Part shown: one piece after another, positions 12,170-25,169 of the stretch
How positions within the stretch are numbered: the stretch's first letter is position 1
Layout of the letters: each line of letters begins with the position of its first letter
Assembly (NCBI RefSeq): GCF_009914755.1
Contig: NC_060929.1
DNA: 64,000 nucleotides
Source: the human T2T-CHM13v2.0 reference genome, Homo sapiens
Reading direction: 5' to 3' (one strand)
Program-made: the position numbers and the translations under genes
Notes under the pieces: generated by a model
What the model saw: the letters and a program-made list of their open reading frames with translations, nothing else
The model's database searches: none
Told to the model about the DNA's origin: nothing

Positions 12170-14651
12170 CAAAGTCACTATTTGGAGGACCTTCCTTTGT
12201 TATCTGTGAACTTTGTGTTATATTTGCTTGTGGGGTTATGCTGCCCAAAGAAGAAACACACACCCTTTTATTTGGTTTAGTGATGGTGACTCCGCTCAAG
12301 CAAATAAAACCGGGGCCCCAGATATTTGACAAATGCCTGCCTCTTCTTATTACTCTAACAAGGTGCCCTTTCTTAGTGGAAATGAACAAAAACCACGCAG
12401 CTCTTAATTTATTGAGTTTATAAGATTGTGTGCAATACAATATTCTTGCTGAGCTTAAGGGCCTGGGGATTTACTTAATGAATTAAATCAGAAGATGCCC
12501 TGCCATGGGACCTGTTTTGAGCAGCATGGAAAAATTATAAAATTTAGGGATCATTGCCTCTTTTGTGTTCATCAAGCAACCTCAAAATGTTTATCATGAA
12601 GCTGCGTCACATCTTGTCCGAAATCTTGTAAGTGGGAAAAGGGTGGATTTGAATGGAGCAGACACATGTAAGCATCTGGAATCTGATTTTCAAATCTACA
12701 AGTAAGGTAAATTCCAGCTCATTAAATACATTAAATTATTTTAATATGTTACTGACATTTTATAAGCTTCATTAATTTATATCTTTCTGCAGGTAGCCTT
12801 CTATTTCAGGAAATAATTGATGTGGGGCAAAGTGACTTCAAAATATGCATTCTAAAGTACATGTGTTACAATCAAATTAATTAAATTATTTCTTCCCTAA
12901 TATTAAAGGACAATGACACAAAACTCTCAACAACAACATCTAAAAAAGGAAGGACCAAGACACATTCTGCCAAAAAAATTAAATTTAAAAAAAGAGACAT
13001 TTCATAAAAGTGAAGAACATCTATACAGCTGGACTCCATTTTTTAAATATTTAGATGCTATTTAGGAAAATATTAGTAAGTATATGCTTAATTGAATTAC
13101 TTTGAATAGACTTATGAAAATTAATTTATATATGTTATATGATTCTAATAATTAAAATTAAATATCCAAACGTGAATACAAAACATTACTAATAATATGC
13201 AGCAATAGCTATAGGAGCCACTGAGTAGCTAGTAGACTATTTGTAATATCAGTTGAATACTTCCCTGTGATATGTACTATAAACTTTAAAGATGATGGTT
13301 GTCATCTTTCATACTTAGATCCATAGCACTTGGCTTATATTGAACCTCAGAAAAGTTTCAATTAAATTTCCACACATACATGTCTTTCTCCTCTCTCGAT
13401 CTTAAACACATTGTGAATATGTCTTTATCCCTGTTGGGCAGGGACAAAGTGTAGTGCCGAATTATCCAATAAATATTTACTGAATGATTGTGTGAAAGTA
13501 GTCAGTGAACAAATGTGTGTGTTTGTGTGTGTGTGTGGTCTGCGTTGCCTAAATTTTGTATAAACTATTTTATAATCTTTAATTTTAAAATTTAAATATG
13601 GACATGCTCCCTAGGAAAATACATAGAAAAGTTCAGGTTATTTATATCTCTGTATCTAATTCTATTGATATACATTTCCAAATTTATTAATATAGTAAAC
13701 TAAATTAAAACTATTATGAAGCCACATTAATATCTTATTTTACAGAAACAATAAATTCATGTCCATTGATTTTCATGTCATTTTAATGTTTTCTAACTGT
13801 TATTATTTTCAAGTCAAATAAGGTTTATTTGCCTTTACCAAGGCTTTATTTGTTTTCAACGCTAAAATTAATCACATTAAACCTTAACAAATCTTCTTCC
13901 TCTCTCCTTTTAAAAATTATTATCTGATAGTATCAGACAGAACTTTGTTGTCTTTTTTTGAATTTTCATTTTGTTTAGTATGTTTTATTGGGCATTTACA
14001 TGTAATTCTAACATTAAGATACATTATTAGGTGCTGCCTTGACATTTGATGAAATGTGAAAGGACCTGGAATGGACTCATCACAATTCCCCTCCCCCTCT
14101 GCTCCTTCAGTTGGGTAAAATTCTTTAGCCAAACAACCCTCCTTTTTGAGGGAACCAGGCTAGTTCCTACTTATACATAAGTAGTATGTTTCAGTTCCTG
14201 GCAGACAGTGGAATTGTTCAAACGCGTCAATTACATCCTTCTATGGATGCCAGGGATCACCTCATCCTCTTTTTGCAACAGAGAATGCCTTATAAAGTTT
14301 CCAGTTATTCCTTTTCTTCCCAATTGCAACTGCCATGTGGCCCTGCATGGTGTGCTCTAGCCTCTCAATCTGTGAGTATAGGTGACTGGAATAATACTGT
14401 GGATTTTATCTGTCCAGTGTAGGGTGTTGAATATCAACCATCTCTAAAATCCTAGGCTAGAAAGTCTTCTCTCAACAATAAGATGAATGGAAGGTAATTA
14501 AAACAGGATTTCTTTTACAATATATAAAGGCTGGTTCTTGCTATGTGACTTTTATCATCATTGTATCCTCAGCATGTAGCAAGTAAACTAGTGGTTAGTA
14601 TTTTTAAATAACCTAATTAATATATGCAATGTAAAGAAGTAGATTCTTAGA

Positions 14652-17600
14652 AATAAAAAGAACAAAGCTGGAGGCATCACATTACCTAATTTTAAACTAT
14701 ACTACAAGTCTACAGTAATCAAAACAGCATGGAAATGCTACAAAAACAGACACATAGACCAATGGAACAAGTTAGAGAACCTAGAAATAAAGGTGCATGT
14801 CTACAACCATCTGATCTTTGGCAAAGTCAACAAAAACAAGAAATAGGAAAATAACTCCTATATTAGTCTGTTTTCACACTTCTGATAAAGACATCTGAGA
14901 CTGGGGAATTTATATGGAAAAAAGTGTTTAATGAACTTACAGTTCCATATGGCTGGGGAGGCCTCACAATTCATGGCAGAAGGCAAGGAGGAGTAAGTCA
15001 CATCTTACATGAATGGCAGCAGGTAAAGAGAGAGCTTGGGCAGGGAATCTCCTGTTTTTAAAACCATCAGATCTTGTGAGACTCATCACTATCATGAGAA
15101 AAACATGGGAAAAACTCACCCCTATGATTCAGTAATTTTTCATCGGGTCCCTTCCACAACACATGGAAATTATGGGAGCTACAAGATGAGATTTGGGTGG
15201 AAACACAGAGCCAAACCATACCATTACATCCCAGACCTCTCCCGAATCTCATATATTCACATTTCAAAACCAATCATGCCTTCCCAACAGTCCCCCAAAG
15301 TCTCAACTCATTTCAGCCTTAACTCAAAAGTCCACAGTCCAAAGTCTCATCTGAGACAAGGCAAGTCCCTTCTGCCTATGAGCCTGTAAAATCAAAAGCA
15401 AGTCAATTATTTCCTATATACAGTGTGGTTACAGGAATTGGGTAAATACAGCCATTCCAAATGGGAGAAATTGGCAAAAACAAATAGGCTACAGGCCCCA
15501 TACAAGTCCAAAATCCAGCAGGGAAGTCAAATCTTAAAGCTCCAAAATGATCTCCTTTGACTCCAGGTCTCACATCCAAGTCATGCTAATACAAGAGGTG
15601 GGCTCCCACAGCCTTGTGCAGCTCCACTCCAGTGGCTTTGCAGGGTATAGCTCCACTTCTGGCTTCTTTCAAGAGCTGGCATTGAGTGTTTGTGCCTTTT
15701 TCAGGCACATGGTGTAAGCTGTCAGTGGATCTACCATTCTGGGGTCTAGAGGACAGTGGCCCTCTTCTCACAGCTCAACTAGGCAGTGTCCCAGTAGGGA
15801 CTCTGTGAGGGGGCTCCGATCCCACATTTCTCTTTCACATTGCCCTAGCAGAGGTTCCTCACAAGGGCCCCATCCTTGCAGCAAACATCTGCCTGGGCTT
15901 CCAGGTTTTTCCATACATCGGCTAAAATCTAGATAGAGATTCCCAAACCTCAATTCTTGTATTCTGTGCACCTGCAGGCTTAACATCACATGGAAGCTGC
16001 CAAGGCTTAGGACTTGAACCCTCTGAAGCAACAGCCTGAGCTGTGCATTGGCCCCTTTTGGCCCCAGCTGGAGTGGCTGGGACACAGGGTGCCCAGTACC
16101 TAGGCTGCACACAGCACAGGTACCCTGGGCCCGGCCCAGGAAACCATCTTCTCCTCCTAAATCTCTGGGCCTGTAATGTAGCAAAGGTCTCTGACATGCC
16201 CTGGAGACATTTTTTTCCATGGGGATTAACACTTGGCTCTTCATTACAAGTGCAAATTTCTGGAGCCAACTTGAATTTCTCCTCAGAAAGTAGAATTTTC
16301 TTTTCTATTGTATTGTTAGGCTACAACTTTTCCAAACTTTTATGCTCCATTTCCCTTTTAAAACTGAATGCCTTTAACAGCATCTGAGTCACCTCTTGAA
16401 TACTTTGTTGCTTAGAAATTTTTTCCACCAGATACCCTAAATCATCTCTCTCAAGTCCAAAGTTCCACAAATCTCTCTGGCAGGGGCAAAACGCTGCCAC
16501 TCTCATTGCTAAAGCACAAGAGTCACCCTTGCTTCAGTTCCCAACAAGTTTCTCATCTCCATCTGTGACCATGTCAGCCTGAATTTCATTGTCCATATCA
16601 TTATCAGCATTTTGGTCAAAGCCATTCAACAAGTCATTAGGGAGTCCAAACTTTTTTCACATTTTCCTGTCTTCTTCTGATCCCTCCAAACTGGGTCCCT
16701 CCCAGAATACATGGAAATTATGGGAGCTATGAGATGAGATTTTGTTGGAGACACAGATCCAAACCATATCAACTCTCTAGTCAGTAAATGTTGCTGGTAT
16801 AACTGGCATATGCAAAAGATTGCAACTGTACCCCTTCCTCTCACCATATACAAAAATTAACTCAAGATGAATTAAAGACTTAAATGTAAACCCTAAAACT
16901 CTAAAAAACCTGGAAGAAAACCCAGGAAATACAATTCTGGACATAAGAATAGACAAACATTTCATGATGAGGAATACAAAAGCAACTGCAACAACAGCAA
17001 CCAAACAAACAAGCAAACAAATGGGACCTAATAAAACTAAAAAGTTTTTGCACAGCAAATTTTTCTGTGCAGAAATAAACCATTAAGAGCAAACAGACAA
17101 CCTAAAGAATGAGAGAAAATATTTGCAAATTATGCATGCAACAAATCTATAAGAATGGGAAAAAAATATTTCCAAATTATGCACCCAGCAAATCTATAAG
17201 AAACAAACAAATCAGGAAGCAAGAAACAAACAACCCTATTATCAAACAGGCAAAGGATATGAACAGACACATCCCAAATGAAGACACACACAAATCCAAC
17301 AAGCATGTGAAAAAATGTTTAACATCACTAATCATTACAGAAATGTAAATCAAAACCACAATGAGATATCATCTCACACCATTCAGTATGTCTTTTATTA
17401 AAAAATTAAAAAATAACTGATGCGGTCACGATTGCAGAAAAAAAGGAACCCTTATACACTAAGAGTGGAAATGTAAATTAGTTCAGCCACTGTGGAAACC
17501 AGTTTGAATATATCTCAGAGAACTACTATTTGACCTAGCAATTCCATTATTGGATATATACCCAAAGGAATATAAATTATTCTACCATAAAACGCATACA

Positions 17601-18070
17601 TGTTTATGTTCTTCACAGCATGATTCACAATGGCGAAACCATCAAATCAACCTAGATGCCCATAAACAGTGGACTGGATAAAGAAAATGTGTTACATATA
17701 CACCACAGAATACTATGCAGCCATAAAAATAATGAAATAATGTCCTTTGTAACAACATAAATGGAACTGTAGGCCATTATCCTAAGTGAATTAATGCAGA
17801 AACAGATAGCTAAATACCACATTTTCATTTATACATAGGAGCTAAAAGTTGAGTACGCATGGAAGTAAATAAGATAACAATAGATACTGGGGCCTACTTG
17901 AGGATGGAGGGTGAGAGGAGGGTGAGGATTGACAAATGAGTGTATCAAGTACACTCTCACTACCTGGGTGATAAAATAATCTCAGTGCCAAACCCCTGAA
18001 ATATGTAATTTATCCACATAACAAACATGTACATGCACACTTGAACCTAAAATAAAAGCTGGGAATAAAA
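14652..18070 (+). mobile_element. 5'-truncated L1 (L1PA13-16/L1PB-like) ORF2 end and 3'UTR, interrupted by THE1B
   Basis: aacaaagctggaggcatcacattacct... stops at 14858, resumes at 16772 and runs to acttgaacctaaaataaaag. ORF 17109-17348 is decayed ORF2. Confidence 0.9.
14859..16771 (-). mobile_element. THE1B-like MaLR provirus: 3' LTR 14859-15222, internal region, partial 5' LTR 16693-16771
   Basis: Antisense LTR tattagtc...caaaccatacca, then THE1-int text (ccaatcatgccttcccaacagtcccccaaagtct); ends caaaccatatca. TSD actcc/actct. Confidence 0.93.
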
Positions 18071-18844
18071 TAACATTATCAAATGAGACACTGGCACATT
18101 TCCAATCATATTAATTGATATTAAAATTATCATATGGATCAACTTTTCTAGTACAGAAGAAATAAATAGTGTTATATTAAAAAGCTTTCAATAAAATGCT
18201 AAATAATTGAAGAGCAACTGATCTGAATAAATGAAGAGATATCAATATGAAAGATGGAATCCTAAAAATTACAGAGGACATACAGAACATAACAATATGA
18301 CAAGAAGGTTAGGAATGAGAAAGGGTCAAATCCAATATGGTCAAAATTCTCAGTAAGTTTTCAAAAGAGAAATTCCTCAAGAAAATAAAGATGTGAAAAT
18401 AAGAAGTGAAAAAAGGAGCAAGTATTCAAATAGAAAACAAAGTAGTAGTCTGTTAATAGGGACATGATTGAAAAACAAATGTGTTACATCTAGTCTATGA
18501 AATAATACACATAAGTCACAACTACACCCAAGCATTGAAAATTGGATGTTTTTCCATCATGTTTATTAATACAGGACAAGATTCAGAGTACTATAAATAA
18601 AATTATACTAGGTTTTTAAAACTGTAAGAACAATCTCCATGCTTTTATATTATACATATATTTGCACATGGTAACATGAGCATGGAGAGAACTATGGTCA
18701 CTTACATACACCAGATCACTAGGTTTGGTTAACAGAAGGATGAGAAAGAAGAAAGAAAGGTTATACAGTTTGTTGACTACCTGTGCACAAAAGGTAATAA
18801 ACATGGGAACCCAGCTGAGTGTAAGAAAATAAAAATAAAATATT

Positions 18845-19240
18845 CTGTATATAAACCACATCTTCTTTTTCTATTCCTTTGTCAATGGACATTAAAGTTG
18901 TTTTCACATCTTGGCTATTCTGAATAATGATGCAATGCGAATGACAGCGCAAGTATTTCTTTGAGATCCTGATTTCAATTATTTTAGGAAAATATACAGG
19001 AGTCAGGTTACTAAACCATATGTATTTATTTAATTTTTATTTTTGATGAATCTACATACTGTTTTCCATTATTCTAAGTGAAAAAAGCCAATTAAGGCAA
19101 TTAAGGCATGAGGCTACTGACATGAGGTATCTAAAGTAGTCAACCTCATAGTTGGAAGTACAACAGGGATTGCCAGGAGCTGGGGGAAGAAATATGTGGA
19201 GTTACTATTCAATTCATATAAAGTTATATTTTTGTGAGAT
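18845..19240. mobile_element. Old L1MA/MB with 5' inversion (minus about 18845-19068, plus about 19066-19240); 3' end continues at 30160-30275
   Basis: Antisense ttggctattctgaataatg...tttgagatcctgatttcaatt...catactgttttccat is joined to sense attctaagtgaaaaaagcca...tataaagtt. It resumes as gttctagagatctactg...ttgttaagattgtagat. Confidence 0.7.
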
Positions 19241-19254
19241 TAAGATGAGTTAAG

Positions 19255-22200
19255 AAAGAAGGTAAGATGATGAACTAGACACAAACAAGAGGAATAGCTC
19301 CCATGAAGTACTGAGACAACTGGCATGCTTTTAACAGATCTTCAGAAAGAAGGTGCCAAGAGGAGACAGAGGGAAGACACAGAAGCTGGACTGATGGGGG
19401 AGAAAGCTGGGAACCCTATACAGCCTACTGCATGCTGGGACTTATTTTTGAACCACAGCAGCTTTAGGGGAAGATATGAGTAAAACTGGAAAAAAGCAAC
19501 CCTCTCTCACCAGGGGCATCTGGCACCATGGCAAGAGGGGACAACTCGACCACCATGGACACTTGAGGTGTCAGGGAGAGGTGCTTAGAGAAGTGGTGGG
19601 GCAACAAACCAGCTGATGTGGGGCCCAGAGGGCTTGGTGCAGGAGCATCTGTAGTGGAGCAGTGCCAGGGATGGCCATTCCCCTAGGCTCAACTTGCTCC
19701 CATAAGAGACTTTAGCCCTAGGGTAACTGTCGGACCTAATATCTGAAGGATGGCCTTGCACATCAGATGGGGCTGGGCCAACTTGAGCACGCTTTGGTCT
19801 GCTGTCCTCCTGGTGCCCCAGCCTGGCCACACCTACTTACAGGAAAGTCTTGGGCTCCTGGGAGCCCACACTTTAGCTTCTGCAGGAGGGAACCCTGTCT
19901 GACTGGTGGAGAGCTCCTGGAAGGCAGCTCCTATGACCACACACCAGCCCACACATTCCCTTCCCATACAATAGCTTCTCCAAGCCCATGGCAACTTCCC
20001 ACATCACTTTGCTGGCACATGTCTGCATGGGCAGGTTTTGTTCTACTTGCCCCACCAGCCTGCAAGAGTGCAGCATGCCCTCCGATCCCACTGACCACCA
20101 TTGCAGAGGGAGCTTTGGCAGGCAAAGTGCCAGCAAGCCCTGCCCCCACCAGCACCCTGCCCTTAAGCTAAGGCTGCACAAAGGACAGGGGATCCTCTCA
20201 CACCCTGAGCAATCATTCCTGCTTGTGGGGCATAGAGAAGACATCTAGACCTGTGCTGGCCAGCACCTTGATCAAAGCCCACACCACCTCCAGTGCAACA
20301 GTGCACACAGACTATAGCAGGAGCCACTGTTCCCCCCCAGATGCCTTATTTCTGCCATTGTGGTGAATGCCCATAGGCAGGCATGCGCCCTTGCATTTGC
20401 TAGCACTCTGCTACAGCTGCTGCACCTCACCCTTACAACTCCTAGCACAGTGGACTCCAAACCTTGAGAAGCCAGAGAACAAAATTGGAACCCAGTACAT
20501 GTCCTTCAGATTTAGAGCACACAGCCTAGGAGTTGGGAGCTGAGTGCTGCCCCGCTAAAACCTCCCATAAATGAAGCCAGTCTTCTGAATCCACCTCATA
20601 TCACAATCAAATCCTCAAGGTCATAAAATGGGATAAAAGCAAAGAAAATCTAAACTTCAGCAACCTCAAAGATTGAAGGTAGATAAGCCCAAAAAGATGA
20701 GAAAGAATCAGTGCAAGAAAACAAAAACTCAAAAATCCCAAGTGCATTCTTGCCTCCAAATGACCATATTACCTCTCCAGCAAGGGTTTGGAAATGGGCT
20801 GAGGCTGAGATGGCTGAAATGACAGAAATAGAATTCAGAATATGGACAGGAATTATGTTCATTGAACTACAGGAGCGTGTTGTAACCCAATGCAAGGAAG
20901 GTAAAAATCATGACAAAGCATTGTAGGAGGTGACATACAAAATAGCCAGTATAGAGAAGAATGTAGAATGTAAACAACCTGAAAAACACACTACAAGAAT
21001 TTCAAAATGCAATCACAATTTTTTATAGCAGAACAGACCAGGGTGAAAAAAATTCCCAGAGTTTGAATGCTGGCTTTCTAAAATAGGACAGGCAGAAAAA
21101 AATAGAGACAAAAGGAAGAAAAGGAATAAACAAAACTTCAAAGAAATATGGGATAATGTAAAAAGAGTGAATCTGTGACTGATAGGTGAATCTGCAAGAG
21201 ATGAGGAAAATAGAACCAACTTGGAAAACATATTTCATGGTAACATCCATGAGGACTTCCCCAACCTAGCTAGAGAGGCCAACATTCAAATACAGGAAAT
21301 GCAGAGAACCCCAGTAAGCTACTTCTCTACTTGGGAAATTATCCCCAACACCCAATTCTCCAATGTCAAAATGAAAGAAAAAATATTAAAGGCAGCTAGA
21401 GAGAAAGGTCAGGTCAACTACAATGGGAAGACCATCAAACTAACAGCAGACTTCTCAGCTAAAACTCTACAAGCCAGATAAGATTGAGGGCCAATATTCA
21501 ACATTCTTAAAGGAAAGAAATTCCAACCCAGAATGTTACATTTGGCCAAGCTAAACTTCTTTAGTGGAGGAGAAATAAAATCTTTATCAGAGAAGCAAAT
21601 CCTGAGAAAATTTGCTGCCACTTTTTTCAGGAGCTCTTCCTAATGGAAGCACTAAATATGGAAAAGAAAGACTATTACCAGCCACAATAAAAAAACCCTC
21701 AAGTACACAGACGAGCAACACTATAAAGCAACCACATAAACAAGTCTGCAAAATAACCAGCTAACATCATGATGACAGGATCAAATCTACACATATCAAC
21801 ACTAACCTTAAATGTAAATGGGCTACATGCTCCAATTAAAAGACACAGAGTGGCAAGCTGGATAAAGAATCAAGACTCATTGGTATGCTGTTTTCAAGAG
21901 ACCCATCTCAGGCAATCACACATATAGGCTGAAGATAAAGTGATGGAAAAAAACCTACCAAGGAAATGGAAAACAGAAAAAAGCAGGGGTTGCAATTGAA
22001 GTTTCTGACAAAACAGACTTTAAACCAATAAAGATTTTAAAAGACAAAGCAGAGCATTACATAATATAATTCAGCAAGAAAATTGAACTATCCTAAATAT
22101 ATATGCACCCAGCACTGGCAAACCCAGATTTATAAAGCAAGTTCTTAGAGACCTTTTAGGAGACTGAGACTCCCAAACAATAATCAGGGGAGACTTTAGC

Positions 22201-24421
22201 AGCCAACTGACAATATTAGACATATCTGGACTTGATAGATATCTACAGAACTCTACACCGCCGAACAATAGAATATACATTTTTCTCAATACCACAAGGC
22301 ACATTGTCTAAAAATTGATCCATTAATAGAAGTAGAACACTCTTCAGCAAATGCAAAAGAACTGAAATCATAACAGTCTGTCGGACCATGGCATGATCAA
22401 ATTAGAAATCAAGACTAAGAACTTCACAATACCATACAGTTACCTGAAAACTGAAAAACCTGCTCCTGAATGACATTTAGGTAAATAATGAAATTCAGAC
22501 AAAAATCAAGAAATTTTTTGAAACTAATGAGAGCAAAGATACAACCTACCAGAATCTCTGGGACATACATAAGGCAGTGTTAAGAGTGAAAAATTATAAC
22601 ACTAAATGCCCACATCAAAAACTTAGAAACATCACAAGTTAACAATCTGACATCCCAACTAAAAGAGCTACACAACCAAGAACAAACAAATTCCAAAGCT
22701 AGCAGAAGACAAGAAAGAATGAAAATCAGAGCTGAACTGAAGGAGATTGAGATATAAAAATCATTCAAAAGATCAACAAATTCAGGAGCTGTTTTTTTTA
22801 ATAATAATAAAATAGATATACCACTAGATAGATTAATAAAGAAGAAAAGATAAGATTGAAATAAACTCAATGAGAGATAACAAGGGGGATATCACTAGTG
22901 ACTCCACAGAAATACAAATAACTATCAGAGAATATGGTAGGTACCTCTATGCACATAAACTAAAAAATATAAAAGTAATAGAGAAAATCCTGGACACATA
23001 CACCCTCCCGAGACTTAAACAGGAAAAAACTGAATCCATGAACAGACCAATAATAAGTTCTGATATGAGCAGTAATAAATAGCCTACCAATTAAAAAAAG
23101 CACAGGACCAGACGGATTTGCAGTTGAATTCTACCAGATGTACAAAGAAGAGCAGGTACCATTATTACTGCAATTATTTCAAAATATTGAGGAGGAGAGA
23201 CTCCTCTATAACTCATTTTATGAGGTCAACATTAACCTGATACCAAAACATGCCAGAGATGCTACAACAGAAAAGAAAACTTTAGGCTAATACTCTCAAA
23301 GAATATTGTTGCAAAACTCGCCAACAAAATACTCACAAGACAAATCCAGCAGCATATCAAAAAGCTCATCCACTATGATGAAGTAAGTTTTATCCCTGAG
23401 ATTCAAGGTGGATTCAGCATATGCAAATTATAAAATGTGATTCATCACATAAACAGAACTAAAGACAAAAGCTACATGATTATCTCAATTGATGCAGAAA
23501 AAGCTTTTGATAACATTCATGTTAAAAACTCTCAGAACACTAGGTATTGAAGGAACATACCTCAAAATAATAAGAGCCATCTATGACAAAGCCACAGGCA
23601 ATATCATACTAAATGAGCAAAAACCGGAAGCATTCTCCTTGAAAAGCAGCACAAGACAAGGATGCCTTCTGTCACCACTCCTAATCAACATAGTACTGGA
23701 AGTCCTGAACGGGGAATTAGTCAAGAGAAAGAAATAAAAGGCATCAAAACAGAAAGAGAGGAAATCAAACTATTCTTGTTTGCAGACAACATAATCCTAT
23801 ACCTAGAAAATCTGAGAGTCTCAGCCCAAACATCCTTAAGCTGGTAAAGAATTTCAGCATATCCTCAGGATACAAATTTTATGTGCAAAAATTACTAACA
23901 TTTCTATACACTAACCACAATAAAGGCAAGAATCAAATCAGGAACTTACTCTCGTTAACAATTACCACAAAAAGAATAAAACACCTAGGAATACAGCAAA
24001 CAAGGGAGGTGATAAATCTCTACAAGAAGAACTACAAAACACTACACAAAGAAATCATACATGACACAAACAAATGGACATTCCATGTGCAGGGATAAGA
24101 AGAATCAATATTGTTAAAATGGCCATACTGCCCAAAGCAATTTATACATTCAATGCTATTTCTGTTAAACTGCCACTGAGATTCTACATAGAACTAGAAA
24201 AGACTATTTTAAAATTTATATGAAACAAACAAACAAAGCCCAAATAGCCAAGGTAATTCTAATAAAAAAAAAAAAAAAAAGCAGGAGGCATGATGCTATC
24301 CAACTTCGTAATATATTACAGGGCTACAGTAATGAAAAAGGCATGTTACTGGTACAAAAACACATATATAGACCAATACAATAGAATAGAGAACCCAGAA
24401 ATAAGACCACACACATACAAC
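19255..24421 (+). mobile_element. Near full-length L1PA15/16-like LINE-1: 5'UTR, decayed ORF1 (about 20690-21720) and ORF2 (from about 21772)
   Basis: ORF1-like ENIFHGNIHEDFPNLAREANIQIQEMQRTP; ORF2 start MTGSNLHISTLTLNVNGL; RT motif [12 protein letters not shown]; many stops and frameshifts. Confidence 0.92.
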
Positions 24422-24430
24422 TAAAGCAGC

Positions 24431-25046
24431 TAAAGTGGCTGCATTGCCTGGGGTATATATCCTGGGTTCGTCATCTTGCATCAGGAAAATTTAGGACACA
24501 GACACACATGAGGAGTTTAGCAGTAAAGGTTTAATAGGCAGAAGAAAAGAGAAAGAAAAACAGCTGTGTCTATTGAGATAGAGGGGTCTTCCAAGTGGAA
24601 ACGACCAGTTGGCAATTGATGCACCAGATTTTACAGTCCAGCTTGAAGAGGTGGTGTCTGATTTACATGGGGCTCACAGATTGGTTTGATCAGGTGTGAT
24701 GTTTACATAGAGAGTGGGGAACGCTGGTCACCCCTCCCTAATCTTATTATGCAAATAAATTCTCCCCTTGGCCGGTGCCATCTTGTCTGCTTTTTACTGT
24801 ACATGTGGCTGGCAGAGAAGGGAAGATGGATCCGCCATCTTGAACATATCTAGTACCTAATCCCTGCTGGCATTCACCTGTGCAAACCCCAGCTTGCTTG
24901 TCTATGTCTTCAGCATGACTTTACAGGCTGCTGGTCTTTGTTAGAAAATGATTTTGGGCTGTTTCTCATTAAAAAATATAAGCTTTACTGAGGACTCCCA
25001 TACCCTTACTAGCTACCTAAGGGATTTCTTCTTGACTTCTATATCA
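24431..25046 (-). mobile_element. ERV1 3' LTR, MER61/LTR9/LTR20-like (HUERS-P3 group)
   Basis: The minus strand starts tgatatagaagtcaagaagaaatc directly after a purine tract (gaatgggaaa), contains caagatggcggatccatcttccc and ends gatgacgaacccagg...ccccaggcaatgcagccacttta. Confidence 0.8.
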
Positions 25047-25169
25047 TTTCCCATTCAGGAGTGGTAACCCTAACTGCTATTACTGACTGTTTGGTGACCA
25101 CTATTTCTGGCTACTTCTTGCTAAAAATGGGCGTCGAGTTGGGGCAACAGCTAGGACTCCTCCTGGGGT

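Noticed and set aside
15125-15136. DUX4 sites in the THE1 LTRs (also about 31984 and 49321)
   Set aside because: Each departs from TGATTCAATTA/TAATTGAATCA at two positions.
15036-16506. Cluster of overlapping longer ORFs
   Set aside because: All lie within the THE1B LTR and internal sequence, which is relatively GC-rich, and no continuous MaLR ORF remains.
19585-20460. GC-rich region with several ORFs as a gene promoter or exon
   Set aside because: It is the CpG-depleted 5'UTR of the L1PA15/16-like element.
21772-24421. Active L1 ORF2
   Set aside because: Many stops and frameshifts, FADD changed to FADN, interrupted by an ERV and partly deleted.
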